DNA of 64,000 nt from Phaeosaccion multiseriatum. Its lineage: Eukaryota; Protista; Ochrophyta, other classes. Below the pieces are notes generated by a model. It saw only the letters and a list, made by a program, of their open reading frames with translations. It was not told where the DNA came from and did not search any database. Where the stretch lies: contig OZ218953.1 in assembly GCA_965112735.1 (NCBI GenBank), positions 4,030,001-4,094,000 of the forward strand, written 5' to 3'. Both the position numbers and the translations under genes were made by a program. Shown in pieces: positions 1-12,437 of the stretch (within the stretch, counting starts at the first letter, position 1; each line of letters begins with the position of its first letter).

Positions 1-1783
1 CAAGATGAGTGAGGAAGTGCTTACCTGATGCCCCACACTTGGTTGCACTTGTAGACCGCCTTGAGGCTCACCACGAGATGGTGGATTACGCTGTTGAGCC
101 CCGGGCAAAGACCTCCACTGTCGAGCGAGACAACGATAGAGGGGGGGATTGGGGGGTCGATTAAGGGGGCGCGGAGAGCAGGCAAAGGACACCAAGGAGA
201 CGCATCATATGGTCAACTGATGCAGGCCGCCCATGTGCCAACACAACACGTACCACGTAACGATGGCGGCATTCACCTGGAGGCGTGTCCAAGGAGGGGA
301 AGGAAGGAGAGGTGGTGACAAGTGAGGCGGCGACGGTATCAAGGAGACTGCCTCCAATCGGTGGAGGTACACTGTGTCTTCAACTGGTGCGCGATCAGCC
401 ACATGTGGCTCTCACTGCCACTGATTGGCAGCAGCCACGCGCGGCTCACTGATTGACTGACTGACGGACTGACTGAATGACTGACTGACTGACTCACTGA
501 ATGACTGACTGACTGACTGACTGACTGACTGACTGAGCCACTGACTGACTGACTGACTGACTGAATGACTGAATGACTGACTGACGGACTGACGCACTGA
601 CTGACTGACCCACTGACTGACTGATCCACTGACTGACTGACCCACTGACTGACTGACCCACTGACTGACTGACTGACTGACTGACTGACTGACTGACTGA
701 CTGACTGACTGACTGAATGACTGACTGACTGACTGACTGGTTGACTGACTGACTGACTGAGTGAGTGAGTGAGTGAGTGAGTGAGTGAGTGAGTGACTGA
801 CCCACTGACTGACTGACTGACTGACTGACTGACTGGTTGACTGACTGACTGGCCACTAGGACCTACGCGGCGAGAGTGTGCAGCGCGGTCGGTCAACCCT
901 TCGATTTCAGCGTGAAAGGCGGTGGCGTGGAGAATGGCATGTCCTTTGACGTTGACGGCTCCCCCCCAGCTGCTTCCGCCCAAGTGGTTCGATTTACGAT
1001 CGTGTTTCCTTCACCTCATATCCTTACCTCGGACGGCTTGAAGTGCAGCGCTGGCCTGGGCCCGGCTCGCAGAAAGGCCTTCGCCTCGGGGGCCTTACTC
1101 ATGTCTCGCACTGCAGAGACAGAGGCAACAGGGAAAGGCAGGGAATGATGAGCGCCCATCCACTCGAAGGCCTGAATTCAAGGGACAGGAGACCAGGCTT
1201 TGTTCCCAGTAACAAGACAGATGTGGCGCCTGCTTTACTCCCTCCCCTCCTTGCGTCGCTTTCTCTCTGCAGCCAGAGGAGTTGCCCTCACCGTGCTCAT
1301 AGATGATGCAGTCATTCCTGTGGATCAGCTGTGGGTGAGAATATAAGCAGAGTGTGGGGAGAGAGCGTGGGGGGGGGCGGGTTGAGGTCGTGTTCTTCGT
1401 TTCTCCCTCCTCTATCCTTTCTTGTCTCATCTCCTTCGGTACTTGCTGCGCACCTTGTTGTAGAATGTGGGCTTGCCCATAGTGTTCTCGGTGATGACGT
1501 GGTTGGGAGTCATGCTGGACGGGAAGAACTCGCTAAGGTGCTGCGTGTCGCAGAGGAAGATCTTCTCCAGCTTGAAGCTAAAGCGAGGGCAGGCGCAGGC
1601 ACGCAAAGCAGAAAGAATGAACACCACGTCTCCAAACCTCTCCCCCAATAGCGCCGGCACTCACCCTGTGTCTGATCTTCCCTCGACTGGCCCGGCATCT
1701 TCATCGTGAAGCACGCCATCTGCGCCCACAATAAAGCTCTTTCGCTTAATGGAGTCAGCACTGGGCGTCGGGTTTTCCTCCAT
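1..1783 (-). CDS. PFK: ATP-dependent 6-phosphofructokinase (plant/protist group X type), 5' part; gene runs off the window start
   Basis: Spliced exons (ATG 1783..~1665, ~1578..1452, ~1330..1293, ~1111..1028, 276..254, 117..25) give ...KAFLRAGPRPALHFKPSE-VNAAIVT-CGGLCPGLNSVIHHLVVSLKAVYKCNQVWGIR, the diagnostic RAGPR / AAIVTCGGLCPGLN motifs; GT-AG junctions in frame. Confidence 0.93.
446..852. repeat. (CTGA)n/(GTGA)n tetranucleotide microsatellite in a PFK intron
   Basis: ~400 bp of ctgactga/gtgagtga units between PFK exons at 276 and 1028. Confidence 0.95.
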
Positions 1784-1978
1784 CTTCCTTTCTGCTTTCT
1801 CGACCCTTCTTCTCTTTTCTGCTCCCTTTTCACGTCAGTAGGCCTTCGACTGCAGCTCTACCAATTGACCTAAGAGAAAGAAGAGAGGAGGGAAAAAAAA
1901 AAGAGTTGGAAGTTTCAGCTCGGTTGACCGGCGCCCGCTGCACAATCCGATCCCCCTCCAAAACCGGTTCTCCCCCTT

Positions 1979-3865
1979 ATGGCAGATTTCTGGGGGCCTG
2001 CGGCTACTCCTGCCAAGCCTCCCGATGCCTCTGATAGCAGAAGCAGTGGTAGTGCGAGTCGCGCCCGAGATAGTGCTGGAGGCGGCGACTTTTGGGGTGC
2101 ACCAGGACCAGGAGCCGCACCAACACCAGCAGCACCAGGAGGTGGTGACAGAGGGAGAGGAGGTGGTGGTGCCAGAGGGAGAGGAGGTGGTGGTGCTAGA
2201 GGAGGAGGTGATGGTGGTGGCAGAGGAGGAGGAGGGGGAGGAGGAGGAGGAGGACGAGGAGGAGGCGGAGGAGGAGGAGGAGGAGGAGGCGACAAAGCGC
2301 GGGAACAGGCAGGCAAGACGAAGAGCGTCTACGTCAATTCGAGCAAGAAGGTGGCGGGGGGAGGCGGCGGAGGAAAAAGAAGGGAAGTGCTGTTTGCAGG
2401 GGAGCCTTCGATGACTGGAAAAAAGAAGGGAGCAGGAGCAGGAGCAGGAGCAGCACCAGCTGTGGGGAAAGGAAAGCGAAGAGCCTGCTCTTGCCAAGCG
2501 ACGATACATCCTTGCCTCACCAATTGCCTAAGGTCAGTCGCACGGTAGAGGGGAAATGAGGGGGACGATGAGAGAGAGGTCAAGCAGCATCTGAGCAATG
2601 GAGCAAGGGAGAGTGATGCTGCGCCCCACTGCATGGCTCATCAAAACCCATGCCTCTCTGCTGCTGCTGTCGCTCCCTGTGTTCCTGCAGCTGTGGCAAA
2701 ATTGCATGTGAGGCTGAGGGCTGGGGCGCCTGCACCTTTTGTGGTAAAGATTTGCAGAGTGGCGGCGGAGACAACACTGCGAAAGGAGGAGCATCAGCAG
2801 CATCAGCAGCATCAACAGCCTCTGTAGACGACGCGGCGTTACAAAAGGCCATGGCCCAGAAGGAGAAGTTGCTCATGTTCGATAGGACGGCGGCCTCCCG
2901 CACCACGGTAAGATTGTCTGTGTCTCTCCCGTCCGTGTGGCCAGTGTATCACGGTGTATCGGGTGGCCGGGGCCTTCCATATAAACATCTTTGGTGTGAC
3001 GCTCCAATCCCATTCCTCCACCTTGATCTCTACCAACCACTTCACTGCTCTACCTTCGCTGCTTCGCTTACCTGTGGGGGTGGCCTGCCGATGGACGGCT
3101 CCCAGGTGCTGGACGACCAAGGAGACTACTATTCCAGTGGAGCGTGGCTCTCGAAGGGAGAGCTCGATGCCTCGGAGGCGAAGGAGGAGGCCAGGCAGGA
3201 GTCGTACAAGGGCAGGAGGAGGCAGGTGAGGAGGGTAGGAGGGTCAAGCTGCTTGGATCTTGTCGTGAGGTGGTGGGGGAGTTCGGTGCTGTGTGTGGGT
3301 TAAATCTTCCACTAGACGAGAACATACTTTTAACCAAAACATTTGCTTGCATGGTGCTTCGTGGCCTTTGAAGGTGAGGGTAAGCGTGGATTTGATGGGG
3401 CGCAAAGTTATCGAGGCTGCGGACTCTAGCGACGATGAAGAGGGAGAACAGTCTATGGCCATGGAAGAGGAGAGCAAGTACCTCCACGACAGGGCGAACG
3501 GGGGAGAGCAGCAGCACCAGAAGCAGCAGCTGGGAGCCTTGGTGGAGGAGCTCGCTCCGTGGCGGGCTGGGATTGACCGGCAAGACGGTCCCGGGATGCT
3601 TGCAAACCACACACTTAAAGGCAAAGCCAGCGAAGTGTATGAGAATTTGAAGGAGAGCATGAGGCTAAAGACTGAGGCACAGAGAAAAGGCCGGGCTGCT
3701 GCGGGTAGCGGGAAGGGAGGGCAACACATGCACCAGGAGGAGGAGCCCGCGCGGTCCTTTGTGCAGCATGACGAGGAGGAAGAGCTCGGCGCTTTTGAGG
3801 ATGGAGACGCAGACGCCGCAGCAGAGAGGGATTGGGAGAGACAAAATCGAAAAGGCAGAGGCTAG
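1979..3865 (+). CDS. TRIP4: Activating signal cointegrator 1 / RQT4-like protein (zf-C2HC5)
   Basis: Exons 1979-2532, 2691-2907, 3106-3225, 3374-3865 give CSCQATIHPCLTNCLSCGKIACEAEGWGACTFCG (C2HC5 finger) and KAMAQKEKLLMFDRTAASRTTVLDDQGDYY. Confidence 0.88.
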
Positions 3866-4263
3866 CTAGCGCTGGAAAAAATGTGGCTCTTGTTGTGCGA
3901 ATATATACATACATGTATAACGTACGATGGCACAACTATTCGTTGCTGCTTGTAAGACCATGGCAAGACGGCGCTGACTTTGCGAACAATGTCACAGTGA
4001 TAGGGTCGTGGAGCGTCCATGTTCAGTTTACACAAACACTGTCTGGATGCATAGAGGTGCGATTCGGTGTCTCGAGACGTTTCTCTTGCATGGTTCTCGG
4101 ACACTCACCCCCTCCCTCCCTCCCTCCCTCGCCATCTTCTTGCCTTTCATTCCAAATCCTGCACGGAGAATCGATCCAATCGATCCTGTACGGTCCAGAA
4201 GAACGAGCCTATCGAAGCACCATGTCATGTCGTTTGGTGCTGATCACCTCTCCCTTCCCCCGT

Positions 4264-4542
4264 TTAGGTGGGCCTTGCAGAATCTGCAGCCGGCCGAGAC
4301 TCCTCTTCTGGCTGTCGAAGGTTGTTCAGGTGCTCAGCCTCCGCCTCCATCTTCCTTCTCATTTCCCGGAAGGCCTCGAGCTGTGCCTCTGGTCTGTTGT
4401 CGTGCGCTAGAAGGCTCTCCAGCACCGAGCTCTGGGCCCTATTCTTTTTCATTGGGGTCCCTTCCGCCTCTTCGTCTTCCCATTGCTCGGCTCGGCCGGT
4501 ACAAGCGCATTGCGTGACGAGGCACTCAAACGCCTGGCCCAT
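4264..4542 (-). CDS. Small hypothetical protein (92 aa), predicted N-myristoylated/palmitoylated
   Basis: Intact ATG-TAA ORF in good context (acaagATGG), MGQAFECLVTQCAC N-terminus, charged helical C-half, divergent from RPB7. Confidence 0.55.
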   Translation of the reverse strand: MGQAFECLVTQCACTGRAEQWEDEEAEGTPMKKNRAQSSVLESLLAHDNRPEAQLEAFREMRRKMEAEAEHLNNLRQPEEESRPAADSARPT

Positions 4543-4946
4543 CTTGTGTTGAGCAGTTGCTACTACTCTGAGGGGGGGGGGGGGGGGTTGGGATGGGGCA
4601 CTTCCCCAAGGTCGCCGTTGAGAGATTGCAAGGAAGGAAAAGGAGGAAGGGGATTAATGAGTGAACATTTCTCTCTCTCTCTATTCAGACTCTCCAATCT
4701 AGAAGGTAGTGGGCTCTAATAGGGACAACACTGGCTCGTTTTGCTCTTCTTCTTCTTTAACAAACAGACTTCATGAACATGAACAGAGGAGGAGGATTTC
4801 TTTCCCGCTCTTGCTTGGGGGGGGGGGGGTTGTCTCAGGATGCCCAATTCACCAATCTTCTTTTCCTTGGCCCCTCGCTCGCCTCTCTCGATCTCTCTCT
4901 CTTGGCAGAGCCAGCAAAGAACAGAGAAGAGCGAGGGCGGGCAAGC

Positions 4947-6341
4947 ATGTTTTATCTGGTAAGAGTGCAATGCAGACTGATTGGGGTAGCTGTAGTGACC
5001 CTTCTCCTTCGGGGAAAAAGGCTAGAGGGATTCGCGTGGGAAGGTACCCTCCTCCTTTGGATTTCCCCCTCCCTGCCCGCCTTCCTGTCCCTCCCGATGT
5101 CCACAGCATAGCTCAAATGAGTCAACCCCTCTTGTATTACCTCTACGCGATGGCCGTTTGTTTGTAAAATGGACGTTTGCAATGAAAAGAGTTTGTTGTT
5201 GACCATCTCGCTGGGACCACCACCTCACACGATGTAATGCCCCACAGAAACGGCTGAAGAAGGAGCTGCTTCTACCCCCCTCCTCGTTCGGTCCGAAGCT
5301 GAAGGAGACGATCCGCAGACAGCTCATCGATGAAGTAGAGGGGATGTCATTGGGCCATCTCGGCTTTGTCATCAATGTGGTAAAATGTGAGGTGAGAGCG
5401 TATGTTTTTCAGTGGTAAAGGCTTATACCGACGCCCATCGGTCTTGCTTATGCTGCTGCCTCTAACGCGCCAGAGAGCTACCAGCCTCACCGAGAACCCT
5501 TCATGCCTCTTCCCGACTGCAGGAGGAGGATATCCATCTTGAGACGCTGGACTATGAGACCGGCAATGTTAACGTCACGGTCATGTATAGCGCCATTGCC
5601 TTCAGGCCTTTCAAGAATGAGGTGAGAAGGGTGCCGTTGAGCTGCCAGCTATATTTGAAGAACGGGACAGTGAATGACCGGCCTGATCCCTGTGGTTGCT
5701 TGGATATCGACGGACTGTAGAGTGCTCAAATGCCGCTTCCCTCTGTCTCTCCTTTTTCTCTTCTTCTTTAGGTTCTCGATGCAACGGTCAAGAGCGTGAG
5801 TGAGTTGGGCTTCTTCGCGGAGGTGGGACCCTTGTCTATCTTCGTATCCAGGCAAGTAGCAGGCTTGGAAGGAGGAGTGTGCGGAAACGGAGATCTCCTA
5901 TCGTATTGAGTCCCACGCTCTAGCATGCGCCTCCATCCACCCACCCACCCACTCTATCCCTCTCTCCCATCCCTCCCCGTCCTACAGACACTCCATGCCA
6001 GACGACATTGGCCCGGGCTACGACCCCGCGGCGGAAATGTTCGTGAGTGAGGATAAGCAGGTGGAGATCAAAACCGGCTGCGGCGTGCGTTTGCGAGTGG
6101 TGGGCGTGAGCCTGGACCCCGAGCTGGTGAGTGCGGCCGAGAGGAAAGAGACAGAATGGGGCGGATGGTATGGTTGAAGTACGTCAAAGACAGAAGAGTG
6201 AGTGCAAGTGAGCGAGCGCAAGTCCTGCTTTCGCTCACGCTCTGCTGCGCGGCTCTGTGTGTCCCGTTTTCTCAGAGTGCTGTGGGAACCATCAAAGACG
6301 ATTTCCTTGGCCTCGTCTCAGGAGCAGAAATGGCATTTTGA
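4947..6341 (+). CDS. RPB7: RNA polymerase II subunit RPB7
   Basis: Exons 4947-4958, 5248-5391, 5523-5621, 5772-5851, 5988-6126, 6276-6341: MFYL-KRLKKELLLPPSSFGPKLKETIRRQLIDEVEG...FRPFKNE-VLDATV...GFFAEVGPLSIFVSR-HSMP...SAVGTIKDDFLG. Confidence 0.95.
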
Positions 6342-7219
6342 GGGCGCTGTGTACTGCAATCGGTGGGAGCATTGCATGGACGCCCAGTATGTACCACGCA
6401 GCCCCCTGTGCTAGTCCAACTATGTCGAGCAATCATGGCCAGAGCCGCCTTGGCTGATTTCCGAGGACAGAGAAGAAGAGGATGAGCTGAAGAGTTGGCA
6501 TGGCGAGCCCTTTGGGGAAAGCACTTTGTGAGTGAGGAGCGAAGGCAACGCGGCTCCAAGGGCCCTGAGCACACCAGAGGAGGGAAGGAAGAGCCAGAGA
6601 AGATCACCAGTGCCCCATCGTCGGACTTTGGTCAAATGCGCGCGCGTGCATGCATGTGTGTAGTGCTTTCCCCTAAAGGTCTCTCCTCTGCGTTGACAAG
6701 CAAGATGCATGGGTGCAGTGTGAAAGCGAGAGGCAAGCGCCAGCGCCGAGGGACTCGGGGAGCAGGGGGGGGCACGTAGAGCCGCAAACAAGGAGAAGCA
6801 GGGGACAGGTTGGGGAGCAGATTTGCTGGAATGGCTCGTCGCCAGGCGGCGAGGCGCCCAGCGGAAGGAGACTGTGCCATGTTCGCCACAAGGACAAGCA
6901 GGACCACCCGTCGATGAGGGTGGGCACTGTGATACCCGCCTCGGAAGCCAAGTGAAACAAACAGGGCTTCAAGGGGGGCTCAAGGTTTCCCTTGCCGCAC
7001 GGCTGGAGCCGAAGGCAGGGTTCGAAGAAAAGCTTGCTTGCATTAGAACGTTACAGGCCAGCAAAGTTGAGCAAAACGAAATTCTCTAGCCAGTGGACAA
7101 AGGACAGGGCTCACAGAGCAAGCCCATGCTAAATATATATATAAGCGGAATGCATCACGGGTTGTCGAAAAGGGAATGTTCGACACTAAGCACATGCCCC
7201 ATTCCGTGGGCTACGATAT

Positions 7220-9141
7220 TCATGTTTGAGTGGAGGGGCAAGGACGTATACAGGCATGTGACTGAGCCAACCACAGTCTCTCTTCCTCCCCATCGTCGTC
7301 ATCCAGCTCCCTCCTCCGTCGATCAACGTCGCGGAGTTTGAGATAGACATGAATGTGGAACCAGTTGATGGACCGCTCTCCTTCATTGTTGTCCCAGCAC
7401 CACCGCTCCACCCCCCCCACGCCACCAAGCCGCCCGTTCCGCATGCTCTTGACCAGCCAATCCCCTACACAAGCCCGGATCTCGTGCTCGTCCAAGTCGT
7501 GCCTCGACCACAGTGTCCAGTGTTGAATGTCCTTGGGGGTTTGGTAAGGGAACATGTTGAGCTCCAATACAGTGTCCATCCTTTCCCCGGTGGCCATATT
7601 GGTCAAGACGGTGTCCTCAATGTACTGCTCCCGTGAGGCGCAGTTGCGGTCAATAAAGGTGAGGTGCTCCACCTTCAACTCTTTGCAGCCCTCCGAGCGC
7701 ACGAAGAAGGGCACCTCGAGATCACAGGGAGGGTGATGAAGCTCCTCCACGTCCTCCGCCTCGGGAATGGAGCTCCTGGGAGTAGGTCCAGGCCCACGGG
7801 AGAGACTTTCCCGGCGTGACTTCCCACGGGCAAGGCTTTCCACTTCTTTTCTGGTCGTCTTCTCTCTGCCGTAGCTGCTGCGGCATCTGCTGTGGCGAGT
7901 ACTGATCTTGCTGCTGCGCCTGCTGCTGCTCCTGCTGTCGCTACCCGCATTGCTCTGTCCCTGACCTCCTCGATCCAGCGGCCGGTCCTGAAACCGTTCG
8001 CCCTGCCAGCGCCCTGGGCAGAAACCGCCCGCACGATACACATCATCGTCGTAACGCCGCTCCCGCTGCTCACGTTGCTGAGGTCGGCCATCACCATACC
8101 TGCTGCTGCTGCTGCTGCTGCTACTGGAGCTGCTGCATCGGCCCTTGCCGCTGTGGCCTCTTCTCATGCCGCCGCCGCCGCTGCTGCTGCTGCTGCTGCT
8201 GCTCCTGTGACCACCCCTTCCTCGGTGACCTGTGCTGTTGTGAGCCGTGCTCGAGGAAGAGACGGAGGCTGAGCATGTGCTCGCCGAAGCTGTTGTGGCA
8301 TCTGAGAAGGAAGATGAAAACGGGGACATCAGCCGGCCCCGCAGTCCTTGCGCCTCGATGCTGCCCTGGGGCTTATGACGGGAACAGTCTGATTCATACT
8401 CAGAATTCGTGGATGCCGCTGCTCTTTTGAGGCGCTGCGCGGTGGGCGCCCCGTAGGGAGGAAGGTCACAGCCACGCCCCCCCCCCATCGACGGTCCCCT
8501 TTCCGCCCACCGCCTGCTCCCACCATACTCGTCGTGTGAGAAGGAATGAGATCTGAAGTGGGTTGGAGATAGAGGGGTGGGAAGGGCGCAACGCGTAAGT
8601 GGGGCAGTGAAGGGAACAACGGAAGACGGAGAGCCAACAAAATGGGAAAACATCTCTCGTTATTGCCTGTCGTGTGGTTGCTGTCTCGGCACTGCAGATC
8701 ATCATCTGCTGGTGATGATGCGACTTGTATGTGGAGGCTTGCTCCCGCTGCGCTCATTCAGTCGAAGGTGAGCGAAATCGGAGAAGTACACGTAGGGCAG
8801 TAGGAGGTGGAGTTTGCTTGTTGCTGCGGGTGGAGAACAGCACGAGCGGAGGAGAGCTGCACAGAACACTTTTTTACGCCGCCCGACACGGCCTCTCCGC
8901 ACAGCCCAAACCCACAAGGCTAAGTTCACAAAACCAGGCCATCCACCCGAGGAGTACTCAGAAGTGCTCACCTGCTGCGCTTGAGCGCGTTGCGCCTGAG
9001 GAGTGGAGGCTGTTGCTGTTGGTGGTGGGGCTGCTCGTTATCGTGGAGCTGCTGCTGCGGCGGCGGCTGCTGCTGCTGCTGCTGCTGCTCCTCCTCCTCC
9101 TCCTCCTCCTCCTGCCGCTGCTGCTCCTCCCGAGGTCTCAT
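7220..9141 (-). CDS. DUF3605 (GIG1-like, HIT-related) domain protein with long low-complexity N-terminus
   Basis: C-terminal LNMFPYQTPKDIQHWTLWS...WCWDNN...RSINWFHIHVYL matches the N-x-[FW]PY...H-x3-WS...H-x-H-V pattern; first exon ~9141-8972 ends at a GTGAG donor. Confidence 0.7.
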
Positions 9142-9362
9142 CTTCAAGACCACGCCTCTTTCTAGAGGGAAGAGATGACGGACGTGGCGGAGGCGGCGCT
9201 TCGGTCCGAATGGGATTGGCGACGACGCGCGGATGTAGAAGACCTATACTTTCTCTCGGACCGTTCGTCGCCCCTCTCTCTCTCTCTCTCTCTCTCTGCC
9301 ACGTCTACTTTGCCTACCTCCCTTCCCCTCTTCCTTGTCGCTGTAAGGCTCCTATAGAAGGA

Positions 9363-10684
9363 ATGGCCCTGCAAATCGATGAGGTAGATGCTACCTGGCT
9401 GGGGAGCAAGCTGGGCCGGACGGTGGCAGAGATTGAGAAGCAGGACATAACAAAAGCGGGAGGAGGATATTCCGGAAATTTGGTGTTGATTCGAGAAAGC
9501 TCACATTGTTCCTTCGTTGCCAAGAGCACAAGCCGCGGAAGAGAGCAGCAGGGTAAGACCCTGGGTTTGGCACGAGAAGCATTGTTTTATGACGAGCTTG
9601 CTCCCTTTCTGGTGTCGCAACACAGCGAACTTCTGCCTCGCATCTTGTACGCCAAGGGAGACATGGAGAGTGGGCGGCGGCTGGTGGTCATGGAAGATTT
9701 CACCTCGAGCGGTGTGCAGTCGGGGTACTTCTTTGGGCCGGGTTCGCCTTTAAACCATGGGAAGGATCTTGCTGCGGTGACGAGGGGCTGGAAGCTGTCG
9801 CCAGATGAGATCACCACCATGGCATTCACGGCCGCTGCTCAGCTCCACGCCTCTTTCTGGCGGAGGGAGGACATTCTGCTTGGGACAGAGAAGGGGCGCA
9901 AATGGCTGCGGGGGGCGGAGTGGTTGCGGGGGAGTGGGAAGGAGTCGTGGCTTGCTTCGCAGAAATTTGCATCGGCGCATATAGCCAATATTGTGAAGAC
10001 TAGCAGCAGTGCTGGGGAGGGAGGGGTGAAATGGGACCCAACGGTTCTTGCCTGTCTTCTGTCTTCCCGGTTTGCACGCTCTGCCGCCATGGGCCAGGAA
10101 GAGCGAGAGGCGGAGGAGAGCGCCGCTTGGGAAGAGTACCAATCCTCCCTCAGCGTGAGGCCTTTCACTTTAGTACATGGAGACTTCCACCCCGGGAACA
10201 TGATGATATGCGATGGCAGCCGAGGGACGGGTACCGAAGGCTACCACGTGGTCATGCTCGATTTCGAGCAGGTGGGGGTGGGCTCCGGACCGCAGGTAAG
10301 CAAAGTCCCAGCGCCAGAGGCCCATTGTCTCTTGTTTCGCTCTAAAGTCGTGAAACCTGACCCCTAATCTTGTTTGTCCAGGACCTCGGCCAATTCATGA
10401 TCTCCCACACGGAGCCGAGCTTGCGAGCTTCCATCGAAGAGCGAGCTGTGAGGGACTACTACCAAAAGCTCTGCGCTGCCAACCAGAGCATCTCCTCCGG
10501 CCTCTCTTGGGAAGCGTGCTGGGAGGAGTACGTGAAGGGAGGGCTCGCGCGGTGGATGTGGATGCTTCCGGTGCTCTCCGCCATGTGCCCGCCCCCGGTC
10601 ACGCAGTACTTCCAAGACCAGGTGGCGGCCTTTGTCGAGACGCACGGAATCACAGGGGACAGCTGCCCCATGCCCCGAGTGTAA
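9363..10684 (+). CDS. EcKL / aminoglycoside-phosphotransferase-like small-molecule kinase
   Basis: Exons 9363-10295 and 10382-10684; motifs FVAK, REALFYDEL, VVMEDF, AQLHASFW, TLVHGDFHPGNMM, LDFEQVGVGSGPQ-DLGQF. Confidence 0.85.
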
Positions 10685-10752
10685 ATAATGTACATTACTT
10701 TTCCTTCCCCCGTAAAAAAGTGCCGACCAGAATGCCCTAACGCTAACCTCCC

Positions 10753-12259
10753 CTACAGTGACCGTATGACGGTCCTCGTGGCGTCCAAGACTATGTCTCG
10801 CACAGGCGTGGTCACGTCGTAGGCGATCTGAATGGGGCCGTCGCCGAGCAGCGGTTCCTGTAGCAGCATAGCCACAATAGCCACCATGGCTAGTCGACCG
10901 TGCTTCAACTCGCTCAGCTGGGTGTTCTCCCATGCTTCCTGCGTGTCGGGCTTTGCCCAATCTGCGAAAAGCCCCAGATCGCCTGGTGCTCTGCTATCGT
11001 AGTCCTGACAAGCGCAACGGAGGAGAGGAGTGGATCACCATCATCAGCGAAAGGGGCAAGACGCCTCGTGAAGAAAATGCTCTACATGGTACATATATAT
11101 TATTGGAAATTCAATCACGCCATCATACCCTCACTTCTGCCCTCTCTCCCTGCCAGGAGAAGAATCAGGGCACTTCCCAGGCCCAAACGTACGTCCATCT
11201 TACCTGCTTTCCAAGTGTGCAGTCGAGCAAGCCCACAGCAAGGACCGCCAAACACACGTATGCCGACTTGGCCTCCCAACAGTCTCGCAACGCCCCTTGC
11301 GCATCCAGTTGGATCAAAAGCGCGGCAAAGAAGAATAGCAGGGAGCGTTTTAGCAAACGTACGAGTTCCTCAGCATTAACTCTGTCCAACTTGTGGTACT
11401 CAGTATCACCTACCCAAAGGCCTAGGATTTTGGAGGTATGGTTCCGAAAAGGGTCTCCAAACACTTTGTACCTGGCAAAGACGGCGCAAGTACGATAGCA
11501 GCAGCGGGTAAGGGAACTGTACACACACGCGCGAGGCTCAGTTCTCGGTTCGGCGGAGTCCGTGTCAACTTACTAGAACCCCAAGAGTGGCAAGCATGCA
11601 CACTCTGCCGTGTTTGAGCTCCACCGCTCGGCGCCGGAAGAGGGAAGGCTCGTCACTTGAGAATCCTGGATGGACAGCGAGACAACACCTCACGGAGTAA
11701 GTCATGGCACTCAAAGAGAACGGTATGCGTAAAAGAAGGACAGAACATATAACCAGAAGCTGTGCATATCGCAAGAAGGCTTTATTCATGAGCCAGGGGA
11801 GCCCAGGGATTTGGCCAGACCACATGTTTAGTATCCAGCAAGAGGGAGGGGTACGGTATTCATGCCACAAGTGTAGTACGCGGCAGGAGGGAGGGGTATG
11901 CCTGCTATTCATCACGCTGGCTCTGCTTCCCTTCCCCCCTCAAAGCTCGCTCCCAGCTACTTACCAAAAGGGTCAAAGATGCCATTTGACTCAACATCAC
12001 CCCCGACCATCCGCTCGACGGCCTTGATGGCCCCAAGAGCCAGCGTTGGACGCCCTCTTGGTCGTAATGTTCCTCTACATAATGCCTGTGATGGGAAAGC
12101 AGGAGCAGGACCACACGCCGTCCGTGCAAATGTTGTCCTGCTGCTCGACCCCGCGCTGCTCGAGGAAATCCATGCATGTAGAGTCGTGTGCTGCAGCAGG
12201 CCATGCACTCTTGCACTCACATAGACGACGATAAGAAATAAGCGCAGGGCTGCCGTCAT
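10753..12259 (-). CDS. Light-harvesting complex (LHC/FCP family) protein with signal + transit peptide
   Basis: Five exons give MTAALRLFLIVVYVSARVHG.. (signal), FDPFG-F...RRRAVELKHGRVCMLATLG (helix 1), a hydrophobic helix 2, and RAPGDLG...LSELKHGRLAMVAIVAMLLQE (helix 3). Confidence 0.92.
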
Positions 12260-12437
12260 AGCCAGCAGGGTTAACGCTAAAATATATATATATAGCAGCT
12301 CCACTGTGTCGCTGTGGGTGTTGGTCGTTCGAGAAAAGCTGTGATATTTGGTGACATACGAGTGTAATGGACTCCTCATTTTCTTTTCTTTTGATGCCAA
12401 TGCACCTAGAGATCCCTCCTGCTCCAGCGCCATGGTC

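Noticed and set aside
339-983. ORFs rich in SQSV
   Set aside because: Translations of the (CTGA)n microsatellite inside a PFK intron
1835-2509. 224-aa Ser-rich minus-strand ORF
   Set aside because: Antisense shadow of the Gly-rich TRIP4 first exon
6420-7200. Several short overlapping ORFs between RPB7 and DUF3605
   Set aside because: No motifs or consistent splice pattern; probably convergent 3' UTRs
9363-10684. Horizontal acquisition of the EcKL/APH kinase
   Set aside because: It has a spliceosomal intron and host-like composition; no evidence without a phylogeny
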